A DNA stretch of 63,699 bases from Aquificaceae bacterium (GTDB lineage Bacteria; Aquificota; Aquificia; Aquificales; Aquificaceae). Within the stretch, counting starts at the first letter, position 1; each line of letters starts with the position of its first letter. The notes below the pieces were generated by a model. The model searched no databases. It was not told the DNA's origin and saw nothing but the letters and a program-made list of their open reading frames with translations. Positions 19,879 to 30,544 of this stretch are shown here, in pieces. The stretch covers positions 1 to 63,699 of the forward strand of contig JAXSNY010000001.1 of assembly GCA_037925365.1 (NCBI GenBank), read 5' to 3'. The position numbers and the translations under genes were made by a program.

Positions 19879-21051
19879 ATGAAAGTGCCCGATAATTTAC
19901 TCTTTTCTCTATTTCAGGAGCAGGATGCCAGGATAAGGAAACAGCTTGCAGAAAAATCTTTGGAGATATCCACAGGTAGGAAGTATAGAAATATATCCGA
20001 TGACCCATCGACTACATACAATATACTTGAGCTCAAAAAGGATATATCCCAGCTTTCCCAGTATTCAAAAAACAGGCTCTTTGCGGACACAACCCTTAGC
20101 TATGTGGACTTTAACCTTGGAAAGATAGCAGACACTCTGAACCTTCTCTATGCCAAAACAATACAGGCAAAGAACCAAGTGCTTCAATCCGACCAACTTA
20201 TGTCAATAGGAGAGCTTTTTTCCGCAAGCCTTAGGTCTCTCCTTGATAGGGTAAACGACCAGCTGGGAGGCAACTACATTCTTGGAGGTGCAAGCCTCAC
20301 CCAAAAACCCTTTGACGAGAACACACTTGACTATAAAGCTTCCACAGAAGGCTTTAAGGTATGGCTCTCGGACAATCTCAAAGTGGACGCCCTTCTAAAT
20401 GGTGCAGAGACCTTTGGTCTTAATGTAGCCATATCAAGGGCTAGCTTCTCAAGCCCCGCCACCAACTTCAACACCTCAGGCACTTTGAACATAAGCGTGG
20501 GGAATACTCTCATAAATGTAAACTACACCACAACCCAAAGCCTCAATGACCTTGTAGAGGTTATAAACACCAACTATTCAAGCCTTCTTCAGGCAAAGGT
20601 GAGCCAAAACCCCGATGGCACATATTCCCTTATACTCATGCCAGTGGACATAAGCAAGGAAATTTCTGTCTCCGATACAAGTGGTGGAGACTTTGATGTG
20701 GGAACTGCGGACTTTTACTCTCCGAATGTGCTTCAGGCGGTAAAAAGGATAGGAGAAAAGCTCTCCTCCGCCCTGTATCCTGATGATGCGGACCTCATGC
20801 TCTTGCAGAGAGCCTTTGACAGGGTTTCTTTCAGAAGGTCTCAAGTGGGTAGCGTGTTATCTCAAGTCAAAAATCTCCAGCCTTTGCAGGAAAATCTTAG
20901 TGATAACCTAAACAAACAGAAATCCGACCTTGAGGATGCGGACCTTTCTCAAAGCATAATGGACTACACCCGCTATAGGTTGGCTTACGAAGCCCTCATG
21001 CGCATAATCGCGGACCAGAGGGATATGAGTATACTTAGGTATCTAAGATAG
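19879..21051 (+). CDS. flgL: Flagellar hook-associated protein 3
   Basis: ISTGRK...SDDP, GNYILGG, SDLEDAD, AYEA; follows flgK. Confidence 0.88.
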   Translation: MKVPDNLLFSLFQEQDARIRKQLAEKSLEISTGRKYRNISDDPSTTYNILELKKDISQLSQYSKNRLFADTTLSYVDFNLGKIADTLNLLYAKTIQAKNQVLQSDQLMSIGELFSASLRSLLDRVNDQLGGNYILGGASLTQKPFDENTLDYKASTEGFKVWLSDNLKVDALLNGAETFGLNVAISRASFSSPATNFNTSGTLNISVGNTLINVNYTTTQSLNDLVEVINTNYSSLLQAKVSQNPDGTYSLILMPVDISKEISVSDTSGGDFDVGTADFYSPNVLQAVKRIGEKLSSALYPDDADLMLLQRAFDRVSFRRSQVGSVLSQVKNLQPLQENLSDNLNKQKSDLEDADLSQSIMDYTRYRLAYEALMRIIADQRDMSILRYLR

Positions 21052-21457
21052 GGACAATCTCAGGCTCTCTGTAGTTCTTGGGAAAGTTTATTAGGAAACC
21101 TCCAATGCATGTCCTTAGCTCTAAGTCTGAAGAATGCTTTATGGAGATAAGGTAGGCCCTCAACTGCGCTCGGTGGTTGTCATTTAGCCTGTCTACCGCC
21201 TTTAACTCCACTATTATGGGTTTTTCAATATGCAAGGCTCCGACAGTGCAGGGTCTTATTATGAAATCTGGTCTACCAAGTCCAAGTGGTATACCCTTGT
21301 AGAATATCTCAATGTTTACCTCTCTTTGAAAATGGAAGCCTCTTTGCCTCAGCTCGTAGGCGAAGGCACTTTGGTATATGCTCTCGTCAAAGCCTGAACC
21401 TAAGTGTGTATAGACTTCCCTTGCCATATCTTGTAGCACATTCTGAAGCTCCTTCAT
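21035..21457 (-). CDS. GxxExxY family protein (PD-(D/E)XK-like); start could be 21472 or 21502
   Basis: LGSGFDESIY, RPDF, IVELKAV, HRAQLRAYL, GFLINF. Confidence 0.88.
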   Translation of the reverse strand: MKELQNVLQDMAREVYTHLGSGFDESIYQSAFAYELRQRGFHFQREVNIEIFYKGIPLGLGRPDFIIRPCTVGALHIEKPIIVELKAVDRLNDNHRAQLRAYLISIKHSSDLELRTCIGGFLINFPKNYREPEIVPILDT

Positions 21458-21526
21458 CTCTGCTCCCACCATATATTTTAAACTACTCCTCATTACCCAC
21501 AACCTCTAAAAACCTTACATAAAAAA

Positions 21527-21556
21527 CTTGACAAAACTCTACTAAAGTTTTATATT
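21527..21556 (+). promoter_or_regulatory. dnaK sigma70 promoter overlapped by a HAIR-like inverted repeat
   Basis: TTGACA(21528)-17-TATATT; CTTGACA-N7-ACTAAAG at 21527-21547. Confidence 0.65.
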
Positions 21557-21589
21557 AGATGACATAAAGCTAAGCGAAGGAGGTATCCT

Positions 21590-23455
21590 ATGGCGGAGAA
21601 GATAATAGGTATAGACCTTGGAACGACCAACTCGGTGGTGGCTGTTATCATCGGTGATGAGCCTGTGGTTATTGCCAACCAAGAGGGTTCAAGGTTGACA
21701 CCCTCTGTAGTATCTTGGACAAAGGAAAAGGAGGTGCTTGTAGGAGAACCTGCAAAGAGACGCGCCATCCTTGACCCTGAAAACACGGTCTACGAGTCCA
21801 AAAGGTTCATAGGTAGAAAGTATGAAGAGGTAATTGAGGAAACTAAGAGAGTCTCCTATAAGGTGGTGGCAGACGACAAGGGAGATGCCAGCTTTGAGAT
21901 ACCCAACATAGGTAGGAAGGTGCGTCCCGAGGAAGTAGGAGCTCAGGTGCTAAAAAAGCTCAAGGAGGCTGCAGAAGCCTATCTTGGAGAGAAGATAACG
22001 AAAGCGGTTATAACGGTGCCTGCTTACTTTAACGAGAGACAAAGGCAAGCAACAAAGGATGCGGGCAAGATTGCAGGGCTTGAGGTGCTAAGAATCCTCA
22101 ACGAGCCAACCGCAGCGGCCCTTGCATACGGTCTTGACAAGAAGAGCGATGTGAAGATTCTGGTTTATGACTTTGGTGGTGGCACCTTTGATGTGTCCAT
22201 CCTTGAGGGTGGGGAAGGCGTTATTGAAGTAAAGGCCACGGCTGGAGATACCCATCTGGGAGGTGCCAACATAGACGAGCGGATAATGGAGTGGCTCATA
22301 GAGGAGTTCAAGAAGGAGATAGGTGTTGACCTAAAGAAGGATAGAACCGCCCTGCAAAGGCTAAAGGAAGCAAGCGAACAGGCAAAGAAGGAGCTTTCCT
22401 TTAAACTGGAGACAGAGATAAACCTACCCTTTATTACAATAGACCCCTCTACAAATCAGCCCCTTCACCTTCAGAAAAAGCTCACAAGAGCAAGACTTGA
22501 AGAGATGATAAAAGACCTTGTAGACAGGACTATGGATATTGTTAAAAGGGCCCTTGAGGATGCCAAACTAAGACCTCAGGATATTGACGAGGTAGTCCTT
22601 GTGGGAGGTTCCACGAGGATTCCCTTGGTTCAGCAGAGGATAAAGGACTTCTTTGGGAAAGAGCCCCACAAGGGTGTGAACCCTGACGAGGTGGTGGCGG
22701 TGGGCGCTGCCATACAGGCTGGCGTGCTGTCTGGTGAGGTAAAGGAGATACTCCTTGTGGACGTGACGCCCCTCTCCCTTGGTGTGGAGACCTACGGCGG
22801 TGTTATGACGGTTCTTATACCCAGAAACACGCCCATACCCTACAGGAAGTGTGAAACCTTCACCACCGCCAGCGACTACCAGACAGAGGTGGAGATCCAT
22901 GTGCTTCAGGGTGAGCGTCCTATGGCAAGGGACAACAAGTCTCTCGGGAAATTCTACCTTACGGGCATTCCACCTGCACCCAGAGGCATTCCAAAGATTG
23001 AGGTATGCTTTGACATAGATGTGGACGGGATACTACACGTGACCGCAAAGGATCTCGGCACTGGCAAGGAGCAGTCCATAAGGGTTCAGGCATCCTCTGG
23101 TCTAACCCAAGAAGAGATAGAGCGGATGGTAAAGGAAGCCCAGCTTCATGAAGAGGAAGACAGGAAAAAGAAAGAGCTGGTGGAAGCCAAAAACCAACTT
23201 GACCAGCATGTTTACAACCTTGAGAAGGTGCTAAGAGAAAGCAAGGACAAGCTACCTGCGGATGTGGTTTCTGAGGCAGAAAAGGCTATAGAAGAAGCAA
23301 AGAGGGTCTTTGCCAGCTCTCAAGACCTGCAGGAGGTAAGAAGAACCACCGAAAAGGTCCTTGAGGTTGCCAGCAAGGTGGGAAGCCACCTCTATCAAGG
23401 ACAGACTACCCAAAAGGGCGAAGGTGGAGATGTGATAGAGGGCAAGCCTATGTGA
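21590..23455 (+). CDS. dnaK: Chaperone DnaK (Hsp70)
   Basis: [39 protein letters not shown]. Confidence 0.98.
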   Translation: MAEKIIGIDLGTTNSVVAVIIGDEPVVIANQEGSRLTPSVVSWTKEKEVLVGEPAKRRAILDPENTVYESKRFIGRKYEEVIEETKRVSYKVVADDKGDASFEIPNIGRKVRPEEVGAQVLKKLKEAAEAYLGEKITKAVITVPAYFNERQRQATKDAGKIAGLEVLRILNEPTAAALAYGLDKKSDVKILVYDFGGGTFDVSILEGGEGVIEVKATAGDTHLGGANIDERIMEWLIEEFKKEIGVDLKKDRTALQRLKEASEQAKKELSFKLETEINLPFITIDPSTNQPLHLQKKLTRARLEEMIKDLVDRTMDIVKRALEDAKLRPQDIDEVVLVGGSTRIPLVQQRIKDFFGKEPHKGVNPDEVVAVGAAIQAGVLSGEVKEILLVDVTPLSLGVETYGGVMTVLIPRNTPIPYRKCETFTTASDYQTEVEIHVLQGERPMARDNKSLGKFYLTGIPPAPRGIPKIEVCFDIDVDGILHVTAKDLGTGKEQSIRVQASSGLTQEEIERMVKEAQLHEEEDRKKKELVEAKNQLDQHVYNLEKVLRESKDKLPADVVSEAEKAIEEAKRVFASSQDLQEVRRTTEKVLEVASKVGSHLYQGQTTQKGEGGDVIEGKPM

Positions 23456-23472
23456 TATAATATTGACCGCCT

Positions 23473-24984
23473 ATGGCGGTCGCCTTTCCCTTTCTGATTC
23501 TACTCCTCTTAGGAACCGCTACCGCGCACGAGAAGAAGATAAGGGAAAGTTGGGATAGGCTCTCAAACCCTCAGAAGGTCTACCAGCTGTATAAACTCCT
23601 TGGTTTTAGATGCATATGGTATTGTGATGGCCTGCCCACCAAGGAAGTTTCTGATTTCCAACAAATCCTAAGGGAAGCGGTCCACCATGGACTTAACCCA
23701 GATCGCTACAAGCCTGTGGAGGGTATAGACCCAGAGTTGGCTAACACAGACAGCCTCATAAGGCTTGCCTACTCCCTTTACTATGGGAGGGTAAGACCCT
23801 CAGAGCTTTACAAGGGCTGGAATATCCCTCAAAAGCAGGATAGGATCCTCCAGACGCTGACAACTCTTATAAAAGAGGAAAGACTAAAAGACCTTTTCTC
23901 TGAGCTTACGCCCAAAAACCAAGAATACCGGTTTCTCGTGGAGCAGGCAAGGCTCTACAAGGATTTGTCCTCTTTGGAATGGAAGCCCATAAGGCTTTCA
24001 AAACCCTTGTCATATGGTGATAGAGATGCCTGCCTTGAGGAGATAAGGTTTAGGCTCTTCTTGCTTGGAGACCTTGAGGAGTATACCTTTTCTGAAACCT
24101 TTGACAATACACTTCTTGAGGCGGTCAGGAGCTTCCAAAGAAGACACGGACTACCAGATACCGGACTTATAGACACAAAGACCATAGCAAAGCTAAATGT
24201 GAGCCCTAAGGAAAGGCTTTCGCAGGTATACCTAAACCTTGAAAAACATCGCTGGCTTCCAGAAGACTTCAAGAGGGCAGTGGTGGTCAATATACCCTCC
24301 TTTGAGCTTTTTCTCATAGAAAACAACTCGGTTAGGCTCCAATCAAGGGTAATAGTGGGTAGAAGCTACAAGGAGGATTTCAGACCCACACCCATGCTAC
24401 ACAGCAGGATAGAGAGCATCACCATAAACCCCAAGTGGTATGTGCCTGTAAGCATATCTGTCAAGGACCTCCTTCCAAAGGTCAAAAAAGACCCGCAGTA
24501 TCTCACAAAAAAGGGCTTTAGGGTCTTTCAGGGAGAAGAGGAAATAGACCCCCTGCAGACAGACTGGGGTCAATACAACGAGAGATACTTTCCCTTCAGA
24601 CTGGTGCAGGAGCCAGGAGGAAAAAACTCACTGGGCTATATAAAGTTCAACTTCCCCAATCCCTTTGCGGTTTATCTTCATGACACTCCAGACAAACATC
24701 TTTTCAACAGAAGCCATAGGGCTTTTAGCTCTGGCTGTATAAGGGTGGAGAGGGCAAGGGAGTTGGCTTTGAATCTTCTTGGAGAAGGTTGGAACGCAAA
24801 AAGACTGGACAACCTTATAAAGAGCCAGCAGACCCAAACCATACGCCTTACAAACCCCGTGCCTGTATACATCCTCTACTTTACCACTTTTGAAAGGGAC
24901 GGTAAGATACACTTTAGGGAAGACCTATACGAGTATGATACAATTTTGTCCCGTGCACTTTCCAATTCTGGAGGTAGAAGATGA
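23473..24984 (+). CDS. L,D-transpeptidase (YcbB/LdtD family) with peptidoglycan-binding domain
   Basis: AVRSFQRRHGL, VNIPSF, YLHDTP, SSGCIRV. Confidence 0.9.
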   Translation: MAVAFPFLILLLLGTATAHEKKIRESWDRLSNPQKVYQLYKLLGFRCIWYCDGLPTKEVSDFQQILREAVHHGLNPDRYKPVEGIDPELANTDSLIRLAYSLYYGRVRPSELYKGWNIPQKQDRILQTLTTLIKEERLKDLFSELTPKNQEYRFLVEQARLYKDLSSLEWKPIRLSKPLSYGDRDACLEEIRFRLFLLGDLEEYTFSETFDNTLLEAVRSFQRRHGLPDTGLIDTKTIAKLNVSPKERLSQVYLNLEKHRWLPEDFKRAVVVNIPSFELFLIENNSVRLQSRVIVGRSYKEDFRPTPMLHSRIESITINPKWYVPVSISVKDLLPKVKKDPQYLTKKGFRVFQGEEEIDPLQTDWGQYNERYFPFRLVQEPGGKNSLGYIKFNFPNPFAVYLHDTPDKHLFNRSHRAFSSGCIRVERARELALNLLGEGWNAKRLDNLIKSQQTQTIRLTNPVPVYILYFTTFERDGKIHFREDLYEYDTILSRALSNSGGRR

Positions 24985-25526
24985 CAAGGAGAGAGCTTTT
25001 AAAGTCAATGGGATACATAGGATGCATGCTACTGACAGGTTCAATTTCTTACGCCTCCTTCCCTTCAATGGTGGGCATCACAGAAGGTGCAAGGTTTCTT
25101 AACCTTTACTCTGTAAACACGGGAGAAAACCTAAAGGTTGTCTACTGGGTGGACGGAGAGTATATAAACAGCTCTATCAAGGAGATAAACTGGCTTCTGA
25201 GGGACTACAGAAGTGGAGAGGTTGCAGATATAGACCTCAAGCTGATTGACCTTCTTTTTCTTATAAACAGGCTCTCTGAAAGGGAGAGGATAGAGGTAAT
25301 ATCGGGCTATAGGTCTCCTGCCACCAATGCATACCTTCGTAGAACCAAAAGAGGCGTAGCCAAAGACAGCTACCACACGCATGGAAAGGCTATAGATATA
25401 AGGATTGATGGGATGAGCTTAAACAGTCTTAGAGACTTAGCAGTGAGTCTGCGGGCTGGAGGCGTGGGGTATTACCCAAGGTCTGGCTTTGTACATTTGG
25501 ATACTGGACCCTTTAGGTGCTGGTGA
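24981..25526 (+). CDS. YcbK/MepK (DUF882, M15) peptidoglycan endopeptidase with a Tat-like signal
   Basis: TRRELL, ISGYRS..TN, SYH..GKAID, GVGYYP.SGFVHLDTG; adjacent to ycbB. Confidence 0.9.
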   Translation: MTRRELLKSMGYIGCMLLTGSISYASFPSMVGITEGARFLNLYSVNTGENLKVVYWVDGEYINSSIKEINWLLRDYRSGEVADIDLKLIDLLFLINRLSERERIEVISGYRSPATNAYLRRTKRGVAKDSYHTHGKAIDIRIDGMSLNSLRDLAVSLRAGGVGYYPRSGFVHLDTGPFRCW

Positions 25527-26083
25527 TGATAAGGGTCTTTGTGGGTTTTTTTACCACCAAGAGGATACAGGAAGCGGTGGAGAGATTACAGTCCCAAAGC
25601 GAAAGGTTTATAAAGGGCAAGTGGGTTGAACCACAGAACTTTCACATGACCTTTCAATTCATAGGTGAGGTGCCTCAGGAAAGGCTTACAAACCTTTTGA
25701 AAAACCTTCAGGAAATAGCTCAGAATGCCAAGGCAATAAGGATAAAGTATAGGGGACTGGGTGTTTTCCCAAACCTCGATAGAGCCAGAGTCCTCTGGAT
25801 AGGTGTATCCGATGGTCATAGACAGCTAATAGACCTTGCCAAGAGCATAGTGAGAGCAAACAGGCAGATAGGAATAAGGGACGAGGGTAAGCCCTTCCAC
25901 CCACATGTAACCATATGCAGGATAAAGGAGTTTGATAAGAGGGCTCTCAAAGACCTTCTGCGTCAGCATGAGAATACCTTCTTCGGTGAAGACCTTGTGG
26001 ACAAAATAGCATTGGTCAAGAGCTCCTTGACCGCAGTGGGACCCATATACACGGTCATAGAGGAGTTTTACTTCCATGGGTGA
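25526..26083 (+). CDS. thpR: RNA 2',3'-cyclic phosphodiesterase
   Basis: Two HxT motifs (FHMTF, PHVTI), RVLWIG. Confidence 0.9.
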   Translation: MIRVFVGFFTTKRIQEAVERLQSQSERFIKGKWVEPQNFHMTFQFIGEVPQERLTNLLKNLQEIAQNAKAIRIKYRGLGVFPNLDRARVLWIGVSDGHRQLIDLAKSIVRANRQIGIRDEGKPFHPHVTICRIKEFDKRALKDLLRQHENTFFGEDLVDKIALVKSSLTAVGPIYTVIEEFYFHG

Positions 26084-27077
26084 GTGGACTTACGAAAAGG
26101 CTGGAGTGAGTATAGAGAGGGCGGACGCCTTTGTGGAATACATAAGGGAAAGGGTTAAAGCCTTGCCAAAACAGGCTCTTCTTTTTGGCTCCTTTGCCAG
26201 CGGACTAAAACTCACAGGTTATAAAAGCCCAGTGCTAATGCTTACAACGGATGGTGTGGGGACAAAGCTCAAGATAGCACAAGCGGTGGGTGTTCACAAC
26301 ACGGTGGGCATAGACCTAGTTGCCATGAACGTAAATGATCTTCTTACTACTGGTGCAACTCCCCTTGCCTTTCTGGACTACATAGCCACTGGCAGGATAG
26401 ACCTTGAGGTTATGAAGGCTCTTATGGATGGCATAGTGGAGGGGTGTAGGCTTGCGGAGGTTGCCCTCGTGGGTGGAGAGACCGCAGAGATGCCAGACTT
26501 CTATCCAGAGGGCGTTTACGACCTTGCAGGTTTTTGTCTTGGTGTGTGTGAAGAAGAAGACCTTATCACTGGAGAAAATATAAAAGCTGGAGATGTTATA
26601 ATAGGCTTGCCTTCAAGCGGGTTTCACAGCAACGGATACAGCCTAATAAGAAAGGTGCTTCAGGACAGAGGCATAAGCTACGAGGACAGCTTTGAGGACA
26701 GAAGGGTCTGGGAAGTGCTTTTAGAGCCCACAAGAATATACCTGCAGGAGGTGCGTGCCTTGAAATCTTCTGGTATAAGGATAAAGGGAATGGCTCATAT
26801 AACAGGTGGTGGTATCCCGGGGAATCTTGTTAGAATACTTCCAGAGGGTCTAAAGGCAGTTGTGGAAAAGGATAAAATTCCAAAAAACCCAGTGTTTGAC
26901 TGGATAAGGGATTTAGGAAAAATACAGGAGGAAGAAATGTTTAAAACCTTTAATATGGGCGTAGGTTTTATGGTGGTTGTTGAGAAGGAAGATGTGCCTA
27001 CAGTTCTTAGTGAGGTTCATTCTTCCTTTGTATGTGGTTTTATTGAGGAGGATAAAAGGAGTGTGGTTATTGTTTAG
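26076..27077 (+). CDS. purM: Phosphoribosylformylglycinamidine cyclo-ligase
   Basis: TDGVGTK, GGETAEMP, SSGFHSNG, AHITGGG, TFNMGVG. Confidence 0.97.
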   Translation: MGEWTYEKAGVSIERADAFVEYIRERVKALPKQALLFGSFASGLKLTGYKSPVLMLTTDGVGTKLKIAQAVGVHNTVGIDLVAMNVNDLLTTGATPLAFLDYIATGRIDLEVMKALMDGIVEGCRLAEVALVGGETAEMPDFYPEGVYDLAGFCLGVCEEEDLITGENIKAGDVIIGLPSSGFHSNGYSLIRKVLQDRGISYEDSFEDRRVWEVLLEPTRIYLQEVRALKSSGIRIKGMAHITGGGIPGNLVRILPEGLKAVVEKDKIPKNPVFDWIRDLGKIQEEEMFKTFNMGVGFMVVVEKEDVPTVLSEVHSSFVCGFIEEDKRSVVIV

Positions 27078-29394
27078 GGCTTTTTTGTTTGTATTTCTTC
27101 TCTTTGGTTTCTCTTTGGCAGGGGTTATAAAGGAAGTAAAGGTAGAAGGTGCACAGTTTGTGCCAGAGGATGTAATACTTGGACTTATAAATCTAAGGCA
27201 GGGTAGTCTATATAGCCCAGATATGGTCAGGGAAAGCATAAGACGCATGTATAGAACTGGCTTTTTTGACGAGGTGGAGGTTTATGAAGAGAAGGTGGGT
27301 GAAGATGTTGTTCTTACATACAAGGTAAAGGACTTGCCTGTTATATATAAAATAGAGTTCGTAGGCAATAAAAAGATAAGGTCTGATGAACTTGAAAGGA
27401 AGATAGGTATAGAAACAGAAATAGGCAAAATAGACACAGATGAGATTACAAGAGGATTTACATCATCGCCTGCAATAGAAGAGAGGCTGGAAATTCAAAG
27501 AAGGCTCAGGCTTGGAAGGGTGCTTACCCGTGAGGAGTTAGAGTTTATAAAAAAGAGAATAGTAGAAGCATACCTAAAGGAAGGATATCCAAATGTTGAG
27601 GTAAGCTACGAGCTTGTCCCAAAGAAGGGAGCATCAAAGGTGGTCTACAAAATAGTGGAGGGAAAGTCAGAGCATGTAAGAAGCATAAACTTCATAGGAA
27701 ACCAGAGCTTCCGCAGAGGCAGGCTTCTTGAACTGATGGAAACAAAGCCAGTTAACCTTTTTGCCTTCAGGTTTAAACCACCCTTTAGCGAGGATGTGCT
27801 AAAGGAGGATGTAAAAAAGATAAGAGATTTCTATCGCTCCGAGGGCTTTCTTGAGGCACAGGTGGATTATTCAATAAAGAAGGAAGGGAATAGATACGAG
27901 ATAAATATAAAAATACAGGAAGGACCAAGATACAAGCTCTCTAAGCTAAAGATAGAAGGCAACACTCTGTATGCCTACTCTGAACTGGTGGAAAACCTAC
28001 TTAGGAAAAACAGAGGAGGCTACTACAGAAGGGAAGTTATAGACAAGATAAAAGAGAACATAAAAAGACGCTATTCAGAAATAGGCTTTCTTGGAGTCTT
28101 TGTGGAAGAGATGGAGATGGTAGATAGGGAAAACAAGAAGGTTAACGTGACCTTGAAGGTTCAGGAAGGTGAGCCTGTTTATGTAGATAGAATAGAAGTC
28201 CAAGGCAACTATGAGTCAAGGGATTATGTTATAAGGAGAGAACTGAGGTTTCAGGAGGGTGAGCTGGCAAATCAAAGGGAAATAGAGCGTTCAAGGACGA
28301 GGATTTTTAACCTCGGATACTATCAGGATGTTTCTATAGACCCCTTCCCCTCAGATGGTAGAAATTGGGACTTTACCGCAAGGGTAAGGGAGAGGTTTAC
28401 AGGGCAGTTTTCTATAGGACTTGGCTACAATCAGGTAACAGGACTTTCTGGATTTGTATCTCTGCGTAAGGGCAACTTCCTTGGGACAGGTGACATAATA
28501 GGCATATCCTTATCCTATGGAAGTAGGTTCAAAGAAAACGCCTTCTCTTATACAAAGAAATGGTTTCTGAACCAACCCATAGACCTAACAACCTCTGTTT
28601 ATGACAGAAGGGTAGAATACAGCACATACACAGTAGAAAGAACTGGTGTAGATTTTATCCTCTCAAGGGAGTTTGCAGAGTTCTGGAAAGCAAGTGCAGG
28701 CGTTAGCCTTCAAAAGGTAAAATACGGTAATATATCCCCTGATGCTTCACCTCTCGTAAAGGAAGAGGCTGGGACGAGAGAATCAAGAAAGCTAACCTTT
28801 GGTCTTAGCAGGGACACAAGGGACAATTACCTGTTTCCTTCAAGCGGTTCTCTTACAGAACTTGGTTACTCAGTTGCAATGCCTGTGTTGGGAGGAAACG
28901 AAAAGTTCAACAGAATTACATTTTCTCATCAGCAATTTTTCAAAGATGTGTGGCTTGATACTGGTTTTATACTTGCTCTTAGAGGTTCTGTGGGTATTGT
29001 TGAACCCTACGGTGGTAAAAGAGTGCCATTAGATGAGAGGTTTTTTGTAGGAGGTGACTTTACCATAAGGGGCTACAGATACGGCTATGCAGGTCCCCTT
29101 GATCCCAACACAAAAGACCCCATAGGTTCAAAAAAGCAAGTTATCGTAACTACAGAAGCAAACTACCCAATCTATAAAAACATACTATACCTTGGAGTCT
29201 TCTACGATACAGGGCTTGGATTTAACGACTGGAATGAGCTCAAAAGGGAAAACCTCAGAGGTGGCTATGGTGCAGGAATAAGGTTTGTGACACCCCTTGC
29301 TCCCATAAAGTTAGACTGGGCCTTTAAAACGAAAAAAGTGCCAGGCGATGAGTCAAGAAGCAGAATACACTTTGTGTTAGGATTTTATTTCTGA
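27061..29394 (+). CDS. bamA: Outer membrane protein assembly factor BamA
   Basis: POTRA repeats, VIRRE, IRGY loop-6 motif, terminal F; GTG 27061 with SD GAGGAGG. Confidence 0.92.
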   Translation: MWLLFRAFLFVFLLFGFSLAGVIKEVKVEGAQFVPEDVILGLINLRQGSLYSPDMVRESIRRMYRTGFFDEVEVYEEKVGEDVVLTYKVKDLPVIYKIEFVGNKKIRSDELERKIGIETEIGKIDTDEITRGFTSSPAIEERLEIQRRLRLGRVLTREELEFIKKRIVEAYLKEGYPNVEVSYELVPKKGASKVVYKIVEGKSEHVRSINFIGNQSFRRGRLLELMETKPVNLFAFRFKPPFSEDVLKEDVKKIRDFYRSEGFLEAQVDYSIKKEGNRYEINIKIQEGPRYKLSKLKIEGNTLYAYSELVENLLRKNRGGYYRREVIDKIKENIKRRYSEIGFLGVFVEEMEMVDRENKKVNVTLKVQEGEPVYVDRIEVQGNYESRDYVIRRELRFQEGELANQREIERSRTRIFNLGYYQDVSIDPFPSDGRNWDFTARVRERFTGQFSIGLGYNQVTGLSGFVSLRKGNFLGTGDIIGISLSYGSRFKENAFSYTKKWFLNQPIDLTTSVYDRRVEYSTYTVERTGVDFILSREFAEFWKASAGVSLQKVKYGNISPDASPLVKEEAGTRESRKLTFGLSRDTRDNYLFPSSGSLTELGYSVAMPVLGGNEKFNRITFSHQQFFKDVWLDTGFILALRGSVGIVEPYGGKRVPLDERFFVGGDFTIRGYRYGYAGPLDPNTKDPIGSKKQVIVTTEANYPIYKNILYLGVFYDTGLGFNDWNELKRENLRGGYGAGIRFVTPLAPIKLDWAFKTKKVPGDESRSRIHFVLGFYF

Positions 29395-30194
29395 TGATTC
29401 CAAAAGCTTTGACAGTAGCCGGCTCTGATAGCAGTGGCGGTGCTGGAATCCAAGCGGACCTAAAGACCTTTACCGTGCTTGGCGTGTATGGTATGAGTGC
29501 CATAACTTCCATAACCGTCCAAAACACAGTGGGAGTTCATGGAGTTGTAGACCTTCCACCAGAGGTGGTTTACGAACAGATAAAGGTTGTGGTAGAAGAC
29601 ATAGGTGTGGATGCCTGCAAAACTGGCATGCTATCCAATGAAGACATAATAAAGGCAGTGGCAAGGGCTATAAAGGACACAAAAATTGAAAAGCTCGTGG
29701 TTGACCCTGTAATGAGGGCAAAGTCTGGAGACCCACTTTTAAAACAATCCGCAAGAGAAACGCTTATAAGAGAAATCCTTCCCCTTGCCCTTGTGGTCAC
29801 CCCAAACATCCCAGAGGCGGAGGAGCTGTGCGGTTTTGAGATAAAAAGCCTTGAGGATATGGAAAGAGCCTGCAGGAAGATACTCTCTTATGGTCCCTCT
29901 GCGGTGGTGGTAAAGGGAGGACATATGGAAGGCAAGGAGTCGGTGGATGTATTTTACGATGGGCAGAGTTTTGAATACCTAAGGGGTAGGTTTATAAAGA
30001 CAAAGAATACTCATGGCACTGGGTGCACCTTCTCCTCCGCCATAACCGCCCATTTGGCAAAGGGGCATAGTCTAAAAGAAGCGGTCATGATGGCAAAGGA
30101 ATACATTCAGAAAGCTATAGAAAATTCATTGCCTCTCGGTAAAGGGCATGGACCCCTCAACCACATGTGGCCCTTCTATTCCTTTAAAACATAA
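29394..30194 (+). CDS. thiD: Hydroxymethylpyrimidine/phosphomethylpyrimidine kinase
   Basis: AGSDSSGGAGIQADLKT, KTGML, TPNIPEA, HGTGCT. Confidence 0.96.
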   Translation: MIPKALTVAGSDSSGGAGIQADLKTFTVLGVYGMSAITSITVQNTVGVHGVVDLPPEVVYEQIKVVVEDIGVDACKTGMLSNEDIIKAVARAIKDTKIEKLVVDPVMRAKSGDPLLKQSARETLIREILPLALVVTPNIPEAEELCGFEIKSLEDMERACRKILSYGPSAVVVKGGHMEGKESVDVFYDGQSFEYLRGRFIKTKNTHGTGCTFSSAITAHLAKGHSLKEAVMMAKEYIQKAIENSLPLGKGHGPLNHMWPFYSFKT

Positions 30195-30529
30195 GCGACC
30201 GCCACAGAAAATTCTCTCTCATGGGATAGGGAAACAAGGACTTTCACATCCTCAAAGCCTCTTCTAAGTATTCTTACCCTTGCCGGCCTTCCCCTGTCAC
30301 CAAGAACCTCTATCTCTGAGAACTTTAGAACAATCCCATATGTTTGGTAGAAGGCCTTCAGCACTGCCTCCTTGCAAGCCCACCTTGCGGAGAGACACTC
30401 ATAAAAGGCTTGCTGACCCATACAGTATCTTAGCTCCTCTTCCGTATAGACGCGTCTTAGAAACCTCTCTCCGAACCTCTCTACCGCCTCTTTTATCCTT
30501 TTATTGCTCACTATGTCAATGCCCACCAT
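30176..30529 (-). CDS. acpS: Holo-ACP synthase
   Basis: GIDIV, ARWACKEAVLKA, VSLSHE. Confidence 0.94.
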   Translation of the reverse strand: MVGIDIVSNKRIKEAVERFGERFLRRVYTEEELRYCMGQQAFYECLSARWACKEAVLKAFYQTYGIVLKFSEIEVLGDRGRPARVRILRRGFEDVKVLVSLSHEREFSVAVAYVLKE

Positions 30530-30544
30530 GATAAACTATCTTAC

